56,130 nt of DNA from Methanocellales archaeon (GCA_030019435.1 JASEEV010000006.1:1-56130); one strand, 5' to 3'. Shown: positions 42,506 to 52,941, counted from the stretch's first letter. Numbers and translations are program-made. Notes: generated by a model not told the origin, from the letters alone.

Positions 42506-42918
42506 CTTTTTTCGCGCTCCTCTGGAATCACGACAACAGGACATGATGCCATGTTGATCAGATCTTGGGCTGTACTCTGGCGGATAAATCGATAAATCTT
42601 CTCAAATTTGTAATGTCCCATGACGATCATGTCATAATCCTTGGACATGTCAACGGTCTTCTTTGGGATCTCCTCTGCCTTGCATCTTATATCAAGCAGC
42701 TCATGGCTGGTTTCGACGCCTTGCATCCGTCCCATCTCCGCATATTTGTCTATTGCACCACGTCTTTTCTCGAGGGCTTCGTTCGTATCATCTGCGGTGA
42801 CGATGGTGACCATATGAATTCTTGCACCCAGTTGCTTCGCTAGTTCAGTTGCCGTTTTGACAACGTCCTCATCATCCTTCAACGGATTAACTGGAACAAG
42901 TATCTTTTTGAACATCAC
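42499..42918 (-). CDS. Universal stress protein
   Basis: FKKILVPV, DMIVMG, STAQDLINMASCPVVVI. Confidence 0.9.
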   Translation of the reverse strand: MMFKKILVPVNPLKDDEDVVKTATELAKQLGARIHMVTIVTADDTNEALEKRRGAIDKYAEMGRMQGVETSHELLDIRCKAEEIPKKTVDMSKDYDMIVMGHYKFEKIYRFIRQSTAQDLINMASCPVVVIPEEREKSR

Positions 42919-43280
42919 AACAACTCCTTTGCCTTATCAGCTGCCTTTTCCATCTCAACCAATATCAATCCCAAACCCGCCTCTGGTGGTGTCATGACGA
43001 TCAAAAGGGCTTTGGGACCGGCGCCAGTAGCGATCACCTTTCCTTTTGCGGACTCCACGATGATCCTATCTGGGATTCCCTTCTTCAGCTCCGCCGTTGC
43101 GGTCTCTGCCGCACCTAACATGGTGGCACTCATCGCAGCAAAGGTCTCAGCATGTATCCCAGGGGGAATGTCAGATGTCATGATCAGACCATCTCTTGAG
43201 ACGACGGCAGAGGCTTCTATATCACCAGTCCTTTTTAGATCACTCACTATTTTTTGGAGCGTTTCTGCAACTGTTGGCAT
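42915..43280 (-). CDS. Roadblock/LC7 (MglB-like) protein
   Basis: ASAVVSRDGL..FAAMSATMLGAAE; 1 bp downstream of the GTPase gene. Confidence 0.92.
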   Translation of the reverse strand: MPTVAETLQKIVSDLKRTGDIEASAVVSRDGLIMTSDIPPGIHAETFAAMSATMLGAAETATAELKKGIPDRIIVESAKGKVIATGAGPKALLIVMTPPEAGLGLILVEMEKAADKAKELL

Positions 43281-43281
43281 A

Positions 43282-44451
43282 TCATTTGACCTCTGTTATC
43301 ATGTCGATCAGCGTTTCAAATGCCTCAAACACACCTTTCTTTTCCGTCGCAACGGTTGGGACGATCGGCACCGATTTTGGGACTTTCATTCGCTCTCGTA
43401 GTTCATCCACGCTTAAAGCATCTGGCAGGTCTTGTTTGTTCGCTACGATCACATAAGGAAGCCCGTGTGCCCTCGCAGTCTCTAGCATCTGCTTCGCCCT
43501 GACGAAGTCCATCGGCTTTGATGAGTCTAACACAAGGAACACGCCCATCGCCTCGCCACCGAGCACTTTGAGAATGGGATCAAATCGTTCTTGTCCTGGC
43601 GTTCCAAATATGTCTGCTGCAAATCCTTTGTGGTCTATCCTACCATGATCCATCGCAACGGTAGTTCCAAGGCGGTCCACAGATACGGCTCTGCTCGAGA
43701 TCGCGTGGATAAAAGTGGACTTGCCAGAGTGGTATGCCCCTGTCACAAGGATCTTGGGTATGTATACCCGTATACCAGTAGGTCGAAACACTTTGAACAA
43801 CATCGATCGTTTCTTCACCTCAGCCCAGTCCACCTTTGAGACTCCAAAGTACTGTCCAAATATGACTCGTTCAGCAATTCCTCCGATCGTGACCACCGCA
43901 TCGAACAGCTCTTCTTTTATCTGTTTCAGTGTTTCCTCAGCATAGGGCCAAGCGGTGAAGTTGCAAACAAAGACGTTATTGTACGTCATATGGAGTTTTT
44001 TCCATTTTTTGACATACTCCAACGTCTCCTCCTCTCCACACAGGTCCATGAGGGTCGATAGGGGCTCAAACACGACCAGACCGCTGCCAAGCTCTTCCAT
44101 TGCCTTTGACAAAGTCTCATCCAATGCCCCGATGTTCTCCGGATCGGACACAACGTAGCGTTCATCAGAATCCGCTCCCACTAGTGCCGAATAAGCGTCA
44201 ACGATGATAAATCGATCCTCGAACTTTCCAACATCCCAGCCAAATTCGTTGAAGTGCTCTCTAACCGTATAGGGGGCTGAGCTGATAGTGACATATATTC
44301 CTTTCCCTCCTTGCATCAGATGGTGGTACAAGGTCTGCATCCCAAATACATCACCCTCGACACCAGGTTGTACGTAATATACCAATGACCTGCCTGGTGG
44401 AACTTCTCCACCCATGAAGTCATCCAGTTTTGGAATGCCTGTTTTGAGCAT
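43282..44451 (-). CDS. Fusion of a degenerate KaiC/RAD55-like domain with an MglA-like small GTPase
   Basis: N-terminal KTGIPKLD..GG with a broken Walker A (QPGVEGD). C-terminal GAYHSGKST, TTVAMDHG, FGTPGQERF, NKQD, PTVA. Confidence 0.88.
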   Translation of the reverse strand: MLKTGIPKLDDFMGGEVPPGRSLVYYVQPGVEGDVFGMQTLYHHLMQGGKGIYVTISSAPYTVREHFNEFGWDVGKFEDRFIIVDAYSALVGADSDERYVVSDPENIGALDETLSKAMEELGSGLVVFEPLSTLMDLCGEEETLEYVKKWKKLHMTYNNVFVCNFTAWPYAEETLKQIKEELFDAVVTIGGIAERVIFGQYFGVSKVDWAEVKKRSMLFKVFRPTGIRVYIPKILVTGAYHSGKSTFIHAISSRAVSVDRLGTTVAMDHGRIDHKGFAADIFGTPGQERFDPILKVLGGEAMGVFLVLDSSKPMDFVRAKQMLETARAHGLPYVIVANKQDLPDALSVDELRERMKVPKSVPIVPTVATEKKGVFEAFETLIDMITEVK

Positions 44452-44453
44452 TT

Positions 44454-45143
44454 TCAGTCACCCTTTATCACGATGTTCGCTCCTTCAATCTCATATTCGA
44501 GCCACTCTGTTAGTTTCGAGCCCAATCCTCTTGCCCTAATGAAAAATCGATCGTTCTCTTCTTTGATCTCAATCATACCGTCGACCAGTTGTTTGAGCGT
44601 TGCGATCGTCTGCTCATCGTGCATACCACTCTCGATCACATAGATACCGATGGCATCTGCTACTTTAATTCGGCCCGTGAAGACGTGTAAGAACCTGAAA
44701 ATGGTCTGCAAGTTGGAGTACATCAGCATCGTCGATAATGAGTTGATGATCAGTCTTGTTTTTTGAATACGGGCTCTCATATAGAACTGCTCAAAAAACT
44801 GACTTATCTTGACGCCGATGCCTGTTAGATCCACAGGGCTCGATGCCCTCTTTATGTTTTGCGTGTCGGATACATCCATCCCGAGCGTTCTTGATACGCA
44901 GTCCACGATTCCGAACCGCTCTCTGTCCTTCTCTATGTCCAGCTCGCTCTGCTCAAACCACTTGAGCACACCTTCACCGTGCTCTCTTGTGGATACGAGA
45001 ATAATTCCTTCACCGTTCATTAAGCCAGCATGCACGATGTTGTTGACAAATATCTCTTTCCCGCACATCGGCGGTCCAATTAGCATTATGTTCAGTCCGC
45101 CCTGGACTTTATCCAATTTTGGTATCCCGAGATGATATTCCAC
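44454..45143 (-). CDS. KaiC/RAD55-like ATPase-fold protein
   Basis: LGIPKLD, GPPMCGKE, SSPVDLTGIG, NSLSTMLMY, FRFLHVFTGR, LVDGMIE. Confidence 0.88.
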   Translation of the reverse strand: MEYHLGIPKLDKVQGGLNIMLIGPPMCGKEIFVNNIVHAGLMNGEGIILVSTREHGEGVLKWFEQSELDIEKDRERFGIVDCVSRTLGMDVSDTQNIKRASSPVDLTGIGVKISQFFEQFYMRARIQKTRLIINSLSTMLMYSNLQTIFRFLHVFTGRIKVADAIGIYVIESGMHDEQTIATLKQLVDGMIEIKEENDRFFIRARGLGSKLTEWLEYEIEGANIVIKGD

Positions 45144-45213
45144 GTTAATCTCCTTCGGATTAAGTTGCCTATTTATTACTATAAAATACTTATCCTTCTT
45201 AATTTTTTGAAAG

Positions 45214-45639
45214 TGAGTGAGGAGAGTAAGCCCCCTTTTGTTTCAGCGGCATTCGTCTGAGCGTCATACTCGGGCATCGGCTGGACTCCTTATCTGCCCA
45301 TCTTTGACTTGCACCTACGAGGTTTCGCCGTTCCATCCATGCATGCACGACCTCATCGTCAAAAATCGCAAAAGCGATTTTCTCCTCCTCGATTCTTCGC
45401 TCAGAATCTCGGTTCCGAATCATCGCATTGGTGCAGCGTGGTATCGTTTCTGTGCCAGAGCCAAGACTCTCGCCTTGTGCGCTTACATGCACTCGTATGT
45501 CCAGACGGTGGGGGGACTTTCCTCGCAACCTTTTTGCAAGCAAAAAGGCGTTTCTGTTGCACAGAAACAGCCTCTTTCTACGCAAGTAGAAAGCTGCTTG
45601 ACCAAAAAGTTGTGGCAGCCGCCCTTCCTCTCTCAATCA
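45214..45639 (-). ncRNA. rnpB: RNase P RNA (expanded by two repeat insertions)
   Basis: Minus strand has GAGGAAAGTCCCCCCACC (P4 5' strand, 45524-45507), CAGAAAC, AACAAAAGGGGGCTTA (P4 3' strand) and terminal P1 pairing GAGAGAGGAAG/CTTACTCTCCTC. Confidence 0.93.
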
Positions 45640-45686
45640 TATATTCACGCAAAAAGCATATACCTTTTGCTCCCAAATAACAAAAT

Positions 45687-46277
45687 GTGTTGACTCTAGA
45701 AGAAGGCGTAAGGGCAGTAAAGCTTGCTAGGAACGCAGTCGAGAAATACGTTAGAGACGGTGAGGTACTCTGCCCAGAGAAGCTGCCGAAAAAATTTAGT
45801 GAGAAGAGGGGCGTATTCGTTACCTTAAAGAAGAACGGCCTAAGAGGATGTATAGGGCATCCATATCCGACTGTGCCATTAGGCGAAGCGATCATCGACT
45901 CTGCGATAAGTTCCGCTGCGAAAGATCCAAGATTTATGCCTCTTAGCGCAGAGGAGCTGGACAAAATAACGATTGAAGTGACGGTGCTAACCCCTCCAAG
46001 ACCGATTCGTGCTAAGCCAACGATGTTACCGAAAAAAATAGAGATCGGGAAACATGGGTTGATCATCACCAGGGGACGAAATCAAGGGCTTCTGTTACCA
46101 CAGGTTGCCGTTGAACATGGTATGGACGAGGAGGAGTTTCTCTCTCAGACATGCATGAAAGCAGGATTGTATCCAGACGCGTGGTTGGAAGAGGGTACGC
46201 AAATATATGTTTTCGAGGGGCAAATATTCGTTGAGAAAACGCCAAGAGGAGACGTAGAGGAAAGGAGAATCACCTAG
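45687..46277 (+). CDS. AMMECR1/TIGR00296 family protein
   Basis: GVFVTL..LRGCIG, DPRF, GKHGL, GLLLPQV, KAGL. Confidence 0.93.
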   Translation: MLTLEEGVRAVKLARNAVEKYVRDGEVLCPEKLPKKFSEKRGVFVTLKKNGLRGCIGHPYPTVPLGEAIIDSAISSAAKDPRFMPLSAEELDKITIEVTVLTPPRPIRAKPTMLPKKIEIGKHGLIITRGRNQGLLLPQVAVEHGMDEEEFLSQTCMKAGLYPDAWLEEGTQIYVFEGQIFVEKTPRGDVEERRIT

Positions 46278-46950
46278 ATATCATCGTTCTAAGGCGATCG
46301 GCTGCCCTAGCTGCGCTATCTGATACGTCTCCAAGCACGTCCAAGATCCTTGCCAGATGGAAAACACCCACAGCCCCTATTTCATCCTCGGCGAGGAAGA
46401 TTTTTCTGGTCAGCCCCATTCCAATCATGTCAATTTCATGCTCCAATTTCTCCACAAGTGGTATCAGTTCTAGCGTCTCTCCGATCTCCTTTTTTCTAAA
46501 AGATGTTGCCACCAACTGCGAAATTTTTTCCGTCGCTTTGAGATATGCATCCATCGTTTTCGTCGTCATCTTTGTCATTTCCAGTAGCCCGCTCTTGATT
46601 TCCTTTGGCAGAACGTATGATCTGAGCGTCATCAGCTTGGCAACGTCCTCAGCACAGTCTGAGATCGAGTCCTGTGGCTTCAGGAATTCCAGCACATCTT
46701 GTCGGTTAACTGGCAGCAGCACTGAATACGGCAGTCTTTTTCTGATCGTCTGTTTGATCAAATCGGCTTCATGCTCTAGGGTAGAGATCTCATCACTGAG
46801 CTTCTGTACTCTAGACGCATCGCCATCGCAATATGCTTGAACCATCTCTTCCAGTTTATATGCTGCCTCGCATACCTTCTCCGCATGCTTATATAATGGT
46901 TTGAAGGGTGATTCTGCAAATATGCCTGCAATCGAACGCATATATCTCAT
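46270..46950 (-). CDS. DUF47/TIGR00153 phosphate transport regulator (PhoU-like)
   Basis: [33 protein letters not shown]; divergent from pit. Confidence 0.9.
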   Translation of the reverse strand: MRYMRSIAGIFAESPFKPLYKHAEKVCEAAYKLEEMVQAYCDGDASRVQKLSDEISTLEHEADLIKQTIRKRLPYSVLLPVNRQDVLEFLKPQDSISDCAEDVAKLMTLRSYVLPKEIKSGLLEMTKMTTKTMDAYLKATEKISQLVATSFRKKEIGETLELIPLVEKLEHEIDMIGMGLTRKIFLAEDEIGAVGVFHLARILDVLGDVSDSAARAADRLRTMISR

Positions 46951-47082
46951 ATTGCCCCCCCACTCATCCATATAAATCTAATTGGAACGATTAATCATTA
47001 TGATACTTAAATCAACCGTTGTTAAATGGAAGGTTTATTTCAGCATAGGATTTTAACCTTATGACGAGGAGAACTAGTCTTA

Positions 47083-48087
47083 ATGATAACTGTGCTTGGT
47101 TTCAGTCTGTTGGCATTTGCAGGCCTCTTAGCAGGATTCTACATGGCTTGGAACATAGGCGCCAACGACACCGCCAATGAGATGGCGACCTCTGTAGCAA
47201 GTGGTGCTCTCACACTCAGACAAGCGGTGGCAATATCAGCTACCTTTAACGCACTTGGAGCGGTGTTTATGGGGGCAAGGGTTGTTAGTACCATTGGAAA
47301 AGGAATCGTACCACAAGTCGAGCCCATCGGGGCGTTATGCGCTGTGATAGCAGCCAGTGTTTTTGTCACGCTTGCTACCTGGAAAAATATGCCCGTCTCT
47401 ACCTCTCATTCGATAGTGGGTGCAATGCTTGGGTATGGCCTCGTAGGCGTTGGAATCGCTGGAATAAACTGGTTTGTGATGGCGAATGTGATCCTCGCTT
47501 GGGTGCTCTCCCCCCTTGCTGGAATAGCGATGGGTTTTTTCGTTTTTAAGTTCATCAGAGGTCTTGTGCTAGAAAGAATAGAAGATGTGAGCAAAGCTGA
47601 GAGAGGATATACCCCCCTGCAAATCATGAGCGCTAGTTACGAGGCTTTTGCCACTGGATCAAATGATGTCGCCAATGCGATAGCCCCTGTTGCAGTGATA
47701 ATGGCAGGAGGGTTTGCCTCTGAGCTGAAGGTTCCAATCTGGCTTTTAGCGTTTGGGGGCATTGGAATAGCTGTTGGGACGCTCATGTGGGGATACAAGG
47801 TCATGGAGACCATCGGAAAGAGAATCACCGGTGATATCACTCCTACAAGGGGATTTGCAGCAGAATACTCAGCTGCGACGGTGGTTTTGGTGTGCTCATA
47901 TCTTGGAATGCCTGTCAGCACAACTCATGCATCTGTGGGCACAGTTACAGGCGTTGGATTTGCAGGAGGACTAAGCGCTGTGAACCTTCGCATAGTAGGC
48001 AGAATAATCGCATATTGGCTTCTAACAGTTCCGATTGCAGCGCTATTTGCTATGGCTTTGTTCAAGCTATATATGGTGATGATATGA
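47083..48087 (+). CDS. pit: PiT-family inorganic phosphate transporter
   Basis: IGANDTAN, PVSTSHS, GSNDVANA, PVSTTH. Confidence 0.95.
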   Translation: MITVLGFSLLAFAGLLAGFYMAWNIGANDTANEMATSVASGALTLRQAVAISATFNALGAVFMGARVVSTIGKGIVPQVEPIGALCAVIAASVFVTLATWKNMPVSTSHSIVGAMLGYGLVGVGIAGINWFVMANVILAWVLSPLAGIAMGFFVFKFIRGLVLERIEDVSKAERGYTPLQIMSASYEAFATGSNDVANAIAPVAVIMAGGFASELKVPIWLLAFGGIGIAVGTLMWGYKVMETIGKRITGDITPTRGFAAEYSAATVVLVCSYLGMPVSTTHASVGTVTGVGFAGGLSAVNLRIVGRIIAYWLLTVPIAALFAMALFKLYMVMI

Positions 48088-48269
48088 AGGAGACGATGGC
48101 GATGATTACCATATGCTGGATCAGTTGGATATCTATAGCAGCGCTGGCGACATCTCTGATGCTTCCCTCTAAAAGATTTAGCCAATGGTCTAATAGGAGG
48201 ATCATGGGAACAAGCTCTGTGATAGCGACCTTGGTTGTGTTGATCATTTTGTTCATCTTATGGGGATGA
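48084..48269 (+). CDS. Small hypothetical membrane protein
   Basis: 61 aa, two TM helices; ATGA overlap with the pit stop codon. Confidence 0.6.
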   Translation: MKETMAMITICWISWISIAALATSLMLPSKRFSQWSNRRIMGTSSVIATLVVLIILFILWG

Positions 48270-48273
48270 TCGA

Positions 48274-49584
48274 ATGTTCGATTTGGTCATCAAAAATGCG
48301 AGATTGGCGTTGGCAAAGGACATCATAGAGGCAGAGCTTGCAATAAAGGATGGCAAGATCGTAAGAATTGCGAAAGATATTGCATCAGAAGACATCATCG
48401 ACGCGCACAACTTGCTTGTGCTTCCAGGCATGGTGGATGTTCATGTACATTTCCGGGATTCAAAGGAAAGACATAAAGAGGACTGGTATACCGGCTCCTC
48501 TGCAGCAGTAGCAGGTGGCGTGACCAGCGTGGTAGATCATCCGAACACGATCCCACCTACTACTTCTGTAAAATCGTTCAAAGCCAAACTGAGAGAGGCA
48601 GAGAGAAAATCGATAGTCGATTTCGGCATCAATGCCGGTGTAGTCGAGGGCGCAGAACTCGAAAAATTGTGGAAAAGAGGCGTAACCGCTTTCGGCGAGA
48701 TATTCATGGCTGAGTCAAGAGGAGAAATGGGCGTTGATGATATGGCGCTATTCAAGGCGTTTCAAACTATCGCCCAGTTGAGCGGCATCGCATGCATTCA
48801 CGCAGAAGACGAGCAAATTATCCTAGAACGTACTAAGAAGTTGAAGGATAAGACCGATCCCAGCGCTTATTCATCATCCAGGCCAAACAGTTGCGAAGTT
48901 GCTGCTATGACAAAAGCGATAGGATTAGCTCATGATGTCGGTGCAAAACTTCACATCTGCCATCTTAGCACGAAAGAGAGCTTGAACCTAATCGGGGCAG
49001 AGATCACATCTGAAGTCACACCTCATCACCTATTCTTATCGCAAAAGGACTGGGAACGATTAGGCACCTTTGGCAAGATGAATCCCCCGCTGAGAAGCGA
49101 ATTAGATAGAAAGAGCCTTTGGGCTGGGCTACATAAAATCGACATGATCGCATCTGATCATGCCCCTCACACTATAGAAGAAAAAAAGCAAGATATCTGG
49201 AGCGCCCCTCCCGGTGTACCGGGCGTCGAGACATCATTACCGTTGATGTTGTCTGCTGTAAAGAAAGGGCGCATATTGCTTCAACGTGTGATCGAGTTCA
49301 TGGCGACCAATCCAGCAAAAATTTTCTGCTTGAGAGGAAAAGGCGAGATCAAAGTTGGAAACGATGCCGATTTCGTGTTCGTCGATCTAAATGACATGAA
49401 GCCCATCAAGGACAGGAACCTGCACAGCAAGGCTGGTTGGACTCCTTTTGAGGGAATGGATGCCATATTTCCCAAAATGACGTTTGTGCGTGGAGAGATC
49501 GTGTACGATGGCGAAATAGTTGGCGAGAAAGGTCAGGGACGCTTCATTCCCGGCAGAGGAGCCGACAAACCTATATATGGATAA
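48274..49584 (+). CDS. pyrC: Dihydroorotase
   Basis: PGMVDVHVHFR, HAED, HICHLS, EVTPHHL, KMNPPLR, SDHAPH, GWTPFEG. Confidence 0.92.
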   Translation: MFDLVIKNARLALAKDIIEAELAIKDGKIVRIAKDIASEDIIDAHNLLVLPGMVDVHVHFRDSKERHKEDWYTGSSAAVAGGVTSVVDHPNTIPPTTSVKSFKAKLREAERKSIVDFGINAGVVEGAELEKLWKRGVTAFGEIFMAESRGEMGVDDMALFKAFQTIAQLSGIACIHAEDEQIILERTKKLKDKTDPSAYSSSRPNSCEVAAMTKAIGLAHDVGAKLHICHLSTKESLNLIGAEITSEVTPHHLFLSQKDWERLGTFGKMNPPLRSELDRKSLWAGLHKIDMIASDHAPHTIEEKKQDIWSAPPGVPGVETSLPLMLSAVKKGRILLQRVIEFMATNPAKIFCLRGKGEIKVGNDADFVFVDLNDMKPIKDRNLHSKAGWTPFEGMDAIFPKMTFVRGEIVYDGEIVGEKGQGRFIPGRGADKPIYG

Positions 49585-49600
49585 TGACAAATAATATATT

Positions 49601-49806
49601 GTCCTCTACGAGACTGGTGTGAGGTTCCGTTGGAAGTATGATCGCTGGTGCAAAAGAGGGCAACTCCGCGTTGTATAGGTCCTTGCGGGAGTTATTGCTT
49701 CGTGCTATCGATGACCGTAAGACAACCCCAATGCGGGACAGCTCCCCTGGCACGAGGGTAACTGAGAGGGACTGCGGAATCTTCCAGAGGATGATCTCTC
49801 GGAGTT
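49601..49806 (+). ncRNA. Candidate structured RNA of unknown class
   Basis: Nested long-range helices with G-U pairs on the + strand; TATA-like CTATATAT at 49571-49578. Confidence 0.5.
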
Positions 49807-49852
49807 AGTGCGTCAGGGGACATCCTTTTATGTTTGCCCTATGGTGATTGAG

Positions 49853-50257
49853 ATGGAAGATCTTGAGCGACTGCAGAAAATCGAGCAGATAATCAGTGAA
49901 ATCCAGGATTTAGCTTTAGAGGGGGCTATCATCATCGTCGAGGGGGAGAAGGATCGAGATGCCTTGGGCGAATTGGGCATTTCAGGTCAAATTTTGCTTG
50001 CGTCTTATCCACCGTTGTTGAATTTTGCTGAGGACATTTCACGAAGAACTGATCTGGCGATAATTCTAACCGATTGGGACTCGCAAGGGAAAAAATTGGC
50101 AAAAAAGCTCTCTGGATATCTACAAGCATCTGGCATGAAGCCCAACAATTTGATAAGAAATAAGATCAAGAAACTCGTACAAAAGGAGATCAAGGACGTG
50201 GAAGGTCTGAGTGGTTACGTTCATAGTCTCAGACGTGAAGTATATACTCGACATTAA
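49853..50257 (+). CDS. Small TOPRIM-domain protein (UPF0292)
   Basis: IIVEGEKD, ILTDWDSQG, KDVEGL. Confidence 0.9.
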   Translation: MEDLERLQKIEQIISEIQDLALEGAIIIVEGEKDRDALGELGISGQILLASYPPLLNFAEDISRRTDLAIILTDWDSQGKKLAKKLSGYLQASGMKPNNLIRNKIKKLVQKEIKDVEGLSGYVHSLRREVYTRH

Positions 50258-50459
50258 CCACAACTTTATTAAACCCTAACACATAATTGTTAGTGTAATA
50301 TGAGAACATCATCACTCTCATAGGTAAAAATAGCTAAAGAGGTAATCTTACCGTCATTCATGGTTAACTCACTAGTACTCTGAAGAGTTGTAGAGCGCAA
50401 AGGTCACTTAGTGGTGAAACCTTCCCTCGATTAGCTATTTTTCCTTAGGGGGGATTTCA

Positions 50460-51623
50460 ATGCAAAATTATGATACCACGAAATACATAATCCATGCTTG
50501 TATCAACGCCGAAGGCGTTGTGGAGAAACCCGACGTAGTGGGAGCGATCTTTGGGCAAACAGAGGGATTGCTCGGTGACGATCTAGACCTAAGAGATCTT
50601 CAGAAGACAGGAAGGATAGGTAGAATAGAGGTCAACATCGATTCTAAGGCAGGCAAATCAAGTGGAACCATCTTGATTCCATCCTCTCTGGATAAAGTCG
50701 AAACGTCGATATTAGCGGCAGCCATAGAAACTATAGATAGGGTGGGACCTTGCGTCGCTGATATCAGCGTGGAAAAAGTCGAAGACGTTAGGGCGACGAA
50801 AAGAAAACAGATCATAGACCAGGCAAAACTCATTCTTTCTGATAAGTTCGATCATGGTATCCCAGAGGGGCAAGAGATAACAGAATCTGTGAGGCAGGCA
50901 GTGCGCGTAGAAAAGATCACCCTTTTTGGTGACGAGAGCTTGCCAGCAGGTCCTAATGTACTTGATTCGGATGCGATACTCATCGTAGAAGGAAGAGCAG
51001 ATGTCATGAATTTGCTACGCTACGGAATCAAGAATGCGATTGCTGTGGAAGGAACCAATGTTCCTTTGACCATAGGAGAGTTGAGCAAAAAGAAAACCGT
51101 CACGGTCTTCTTGGACGGCGATAGGGGCGGAGACCTTATATTGAAGGAACTACTCCAGACCGCAGAGATCGATTATGTTGCAAGAGCTCCAGAGGGTAAA
51201 GGCGTAGAGGAGTTAACTCACAAGGAGATCGTCAAAGCATTAAGGAACAAGGTACCAGTAGAACAAACTATAGAGATGAGAGCTCATCGGAGAATGAAGA
51301 GCGCGAAAAGGAGGATCTTGAGATGGAGTCCACCTAGCAAGCAAAACGAACTCAAGGCATATGCAGAGGAGCTCAACGGCACTTTGAGTGCGAAATTGCT
51401 CAACTCTGATAAGAAGGTCATAAGAGAAGTTGCCGTCAGAGATCTTGCAAATGTGCTTAAAGAGAGCGATAATGTAGAGGGGGTGATCTTTGACGGAGTG
51501 ATTACGCAAAGAATACTCGACATCGCTGCAGAAAAGGATCTTGACTATTTAGTTGGCGTCAAGCTAGGTAACATCGTCAAGAGACCTCTATCTGTGAAAG
51601 TTTTGACCACTAGCGATCTATGA
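50460..51623 (+). CDS. dnaG: Archaeal DnaG
   Basis: [49 protein letters not shown]. Confidence 0.97.
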   Translation: MQNYDTTKYIIHACINAEGVVEKPDVVGAIFGQTEGLLGDDLDLRDLQKTGRIGRIEVNIDSKAGKSSGTILIPSSLDKVETSILAAAIETIDRVGPCVADISVEKVEDVRATKRKQIIDQAKLILSDKFDHGIPEGQEITESVRQAVRVEKITLFGDESLPAGPNVLDSDAILIVEGRADVMNLLRYGIKNAIAVEGTNVPLTIGELSKKKTVTVFLDGDRGGDLILKELLQTAEIDYVARAPEGKGVEELTHKEIVKALRNKVPVEQTIEMRAHRRMKSAKRRILRWSPPSKQNELKAYAEELNGTLSAKLLNSDKKVIREVAVRDLANVLKESDNVEGVIFDGVITQRILDIAAEKDLDYLVGVKLGNIVKRPLSVKVLTTSDL

Positions 51624-52050
51624 TCTTCCTCATTATGAGCGCACTCTCCCCATCGGAATAGTACTTTGGAGCGACACCAACCATCTCGAAGCCCAGCTTT
51701 TGGTACAATTTCTGCGCGATTAGATTACTTTTTCGCACCTCTAGCCGCACACTTGTAACTCCGTTTCTTCTGAACGCATCCAAGAGCTCTTTTACCAATA
51801 ACGTGGCAACGCCACTCCTCCTATGTTTTTTGCTGACTGCAATCGAGAATATCCTTCCTTCGCTTTCAGAAATCAGCATTCCTACTACGAAGCCCATCAC
51901 AATCCCATCTTTTTCCGCTACCAAAAATCCATCTGAACTCGTCTCATACAGCTTCATATACAAAAATGGGTCATGCTCCCTAAACGATTCTTCTTCTATG
52001 GAGAGTATTTGCTGAAAGTCCCTTGGCATAAATTTTCTGATCAGAAGCAT
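51610..52050 (-). CDS. RimI/Ard1-type N-acetyltransferase
   Basis: [38 protein letters not shown]. Confidence 0.92.
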   Translation of the reverse strand: MLLIRKFMPRDFQQILSIEEESFREHDPFLYMKLYETSSDGFLVAEKDGIVMGFVVGMLISESEGRIFSIAVSKKHRRSGVATLLVKELLDAFRRNGVTSVRLEVRKSNLIAQKLYQKLGFEMVGVAPKYYSDGESALIMRKIIDR

Positions 52051-52523
52051 AGCCTCTCACATTTTTTACATGGGCGTTTCTCCTTATAGTCAACATCAAG
52101 TATGCTCAGCGAAAAGGACATCACGCACCTCTTGTTTGGACAGTGCTCCAGCCCAAATGTGTGTCCAATCTCATGCACAGCCTCTTTTTTAGCTCTTTCC
52201 AAAAGCTCATGACCATGGAGTCTATAAATCGAAATCATACATCCTTTTCCACTCAACTCCGCTTGTCCAAACACGAAGTTTAGCTTAGGCATATACACAT
52301 CTACATCTGTTACTGCAATATTCTTGTCGCCCTCTCCTTTAGAAGCAATGGATACGAACTCGCTAGCGAGATATTGCCCTCTTTTTCCAACATAGGCATG
52401 TTCTGGAATCTCTTGCGCATTCGCAATTTCAGCTGTGACCCCAAATGTTTCTTCCAATGCACCACAAATGGTTTTAAGTACTTCTCCATCGATCTTCCCT
52501 ACTGGAACCACGTCAACGTGCAT
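52041..52523 (-). CDS. amzA: Archaemetzincin zinc metalloprotease
   Basis: LNFVFG, HEIGHTFGLEHC..CVMSFS..CKKC. Confidence 0.93.
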   Translation of the reverse strand: MHVDVVPVGKIDGEVLKTICGALEETFGVTAEIANAQEIPEHAYVGKRGQYLASEFVSIASKGEGDKNIAVTDVDVYMPKLNFVFGQAELSGKGCMISIYRLHGHELLERAKKEAVHEIGHTFGLEHCPNKRCVMSFSLSILDVDYKEKRPCKKCERLCF

Positions 52524-52533
52524 GGTAGTAATT

Positions 52534-52941
52534 ATGTTTAGAGGTCATAAAGATTTAGCAGAGTACATCCTCCGTTCATACAAGGGAAAAATCATAGAGG
52601 TTGGCATAGGAAAACATCCAGAGGTAGCACTCCTGCTAAAAGACCACTTGGAGATAATCGTGACCGATACCTCTGATCTTTGCATGGAAGGCATCCGTTT
52701 CATCAGAGACGACATATTCGATCCAAACATTCACATATATGAAGGCGCGAGCTTGATTTACTCGATTCGCCCTCCTGTGGAAATTCAGCATGCGATAGCG
52801 TCCGTCGCAAAGCAAGTAGGCGCAGATGTAATCATCAGGCCACTTGGATCAGAGAAGGCAGATCTCAATAAGTATTTTTCTGAGTCAAAGTTGATAAACT
52901 ACGGAGATGCGGTGTTCTATTTGTATAAACAGGGAGATTAG
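52534..52941 (+). CDS. UPF0146 family protein
   Basis: IIEVGIG, DDIFDP..YEGASLIYSIRPP. Confidence 0.9.
   Translation: MFRGHKDLAEYILRSYKGKIIEVGIGKHPEVALLLKDHLEIIVTDTSDLCMEGIRFIRDDIFDPNIHIYEGASLIYSIRPPVEIQHAIASVAKQVGADVIIRPLGSEKADLNKYFSESKLINYGDAVFYLYKQGD

Noticed and set aside
45199-45693. Three overlapping 123-158-aa ORFs
   Set aside because: The region is RNase P RNA on the minus strand; the translations have no recognisable features.
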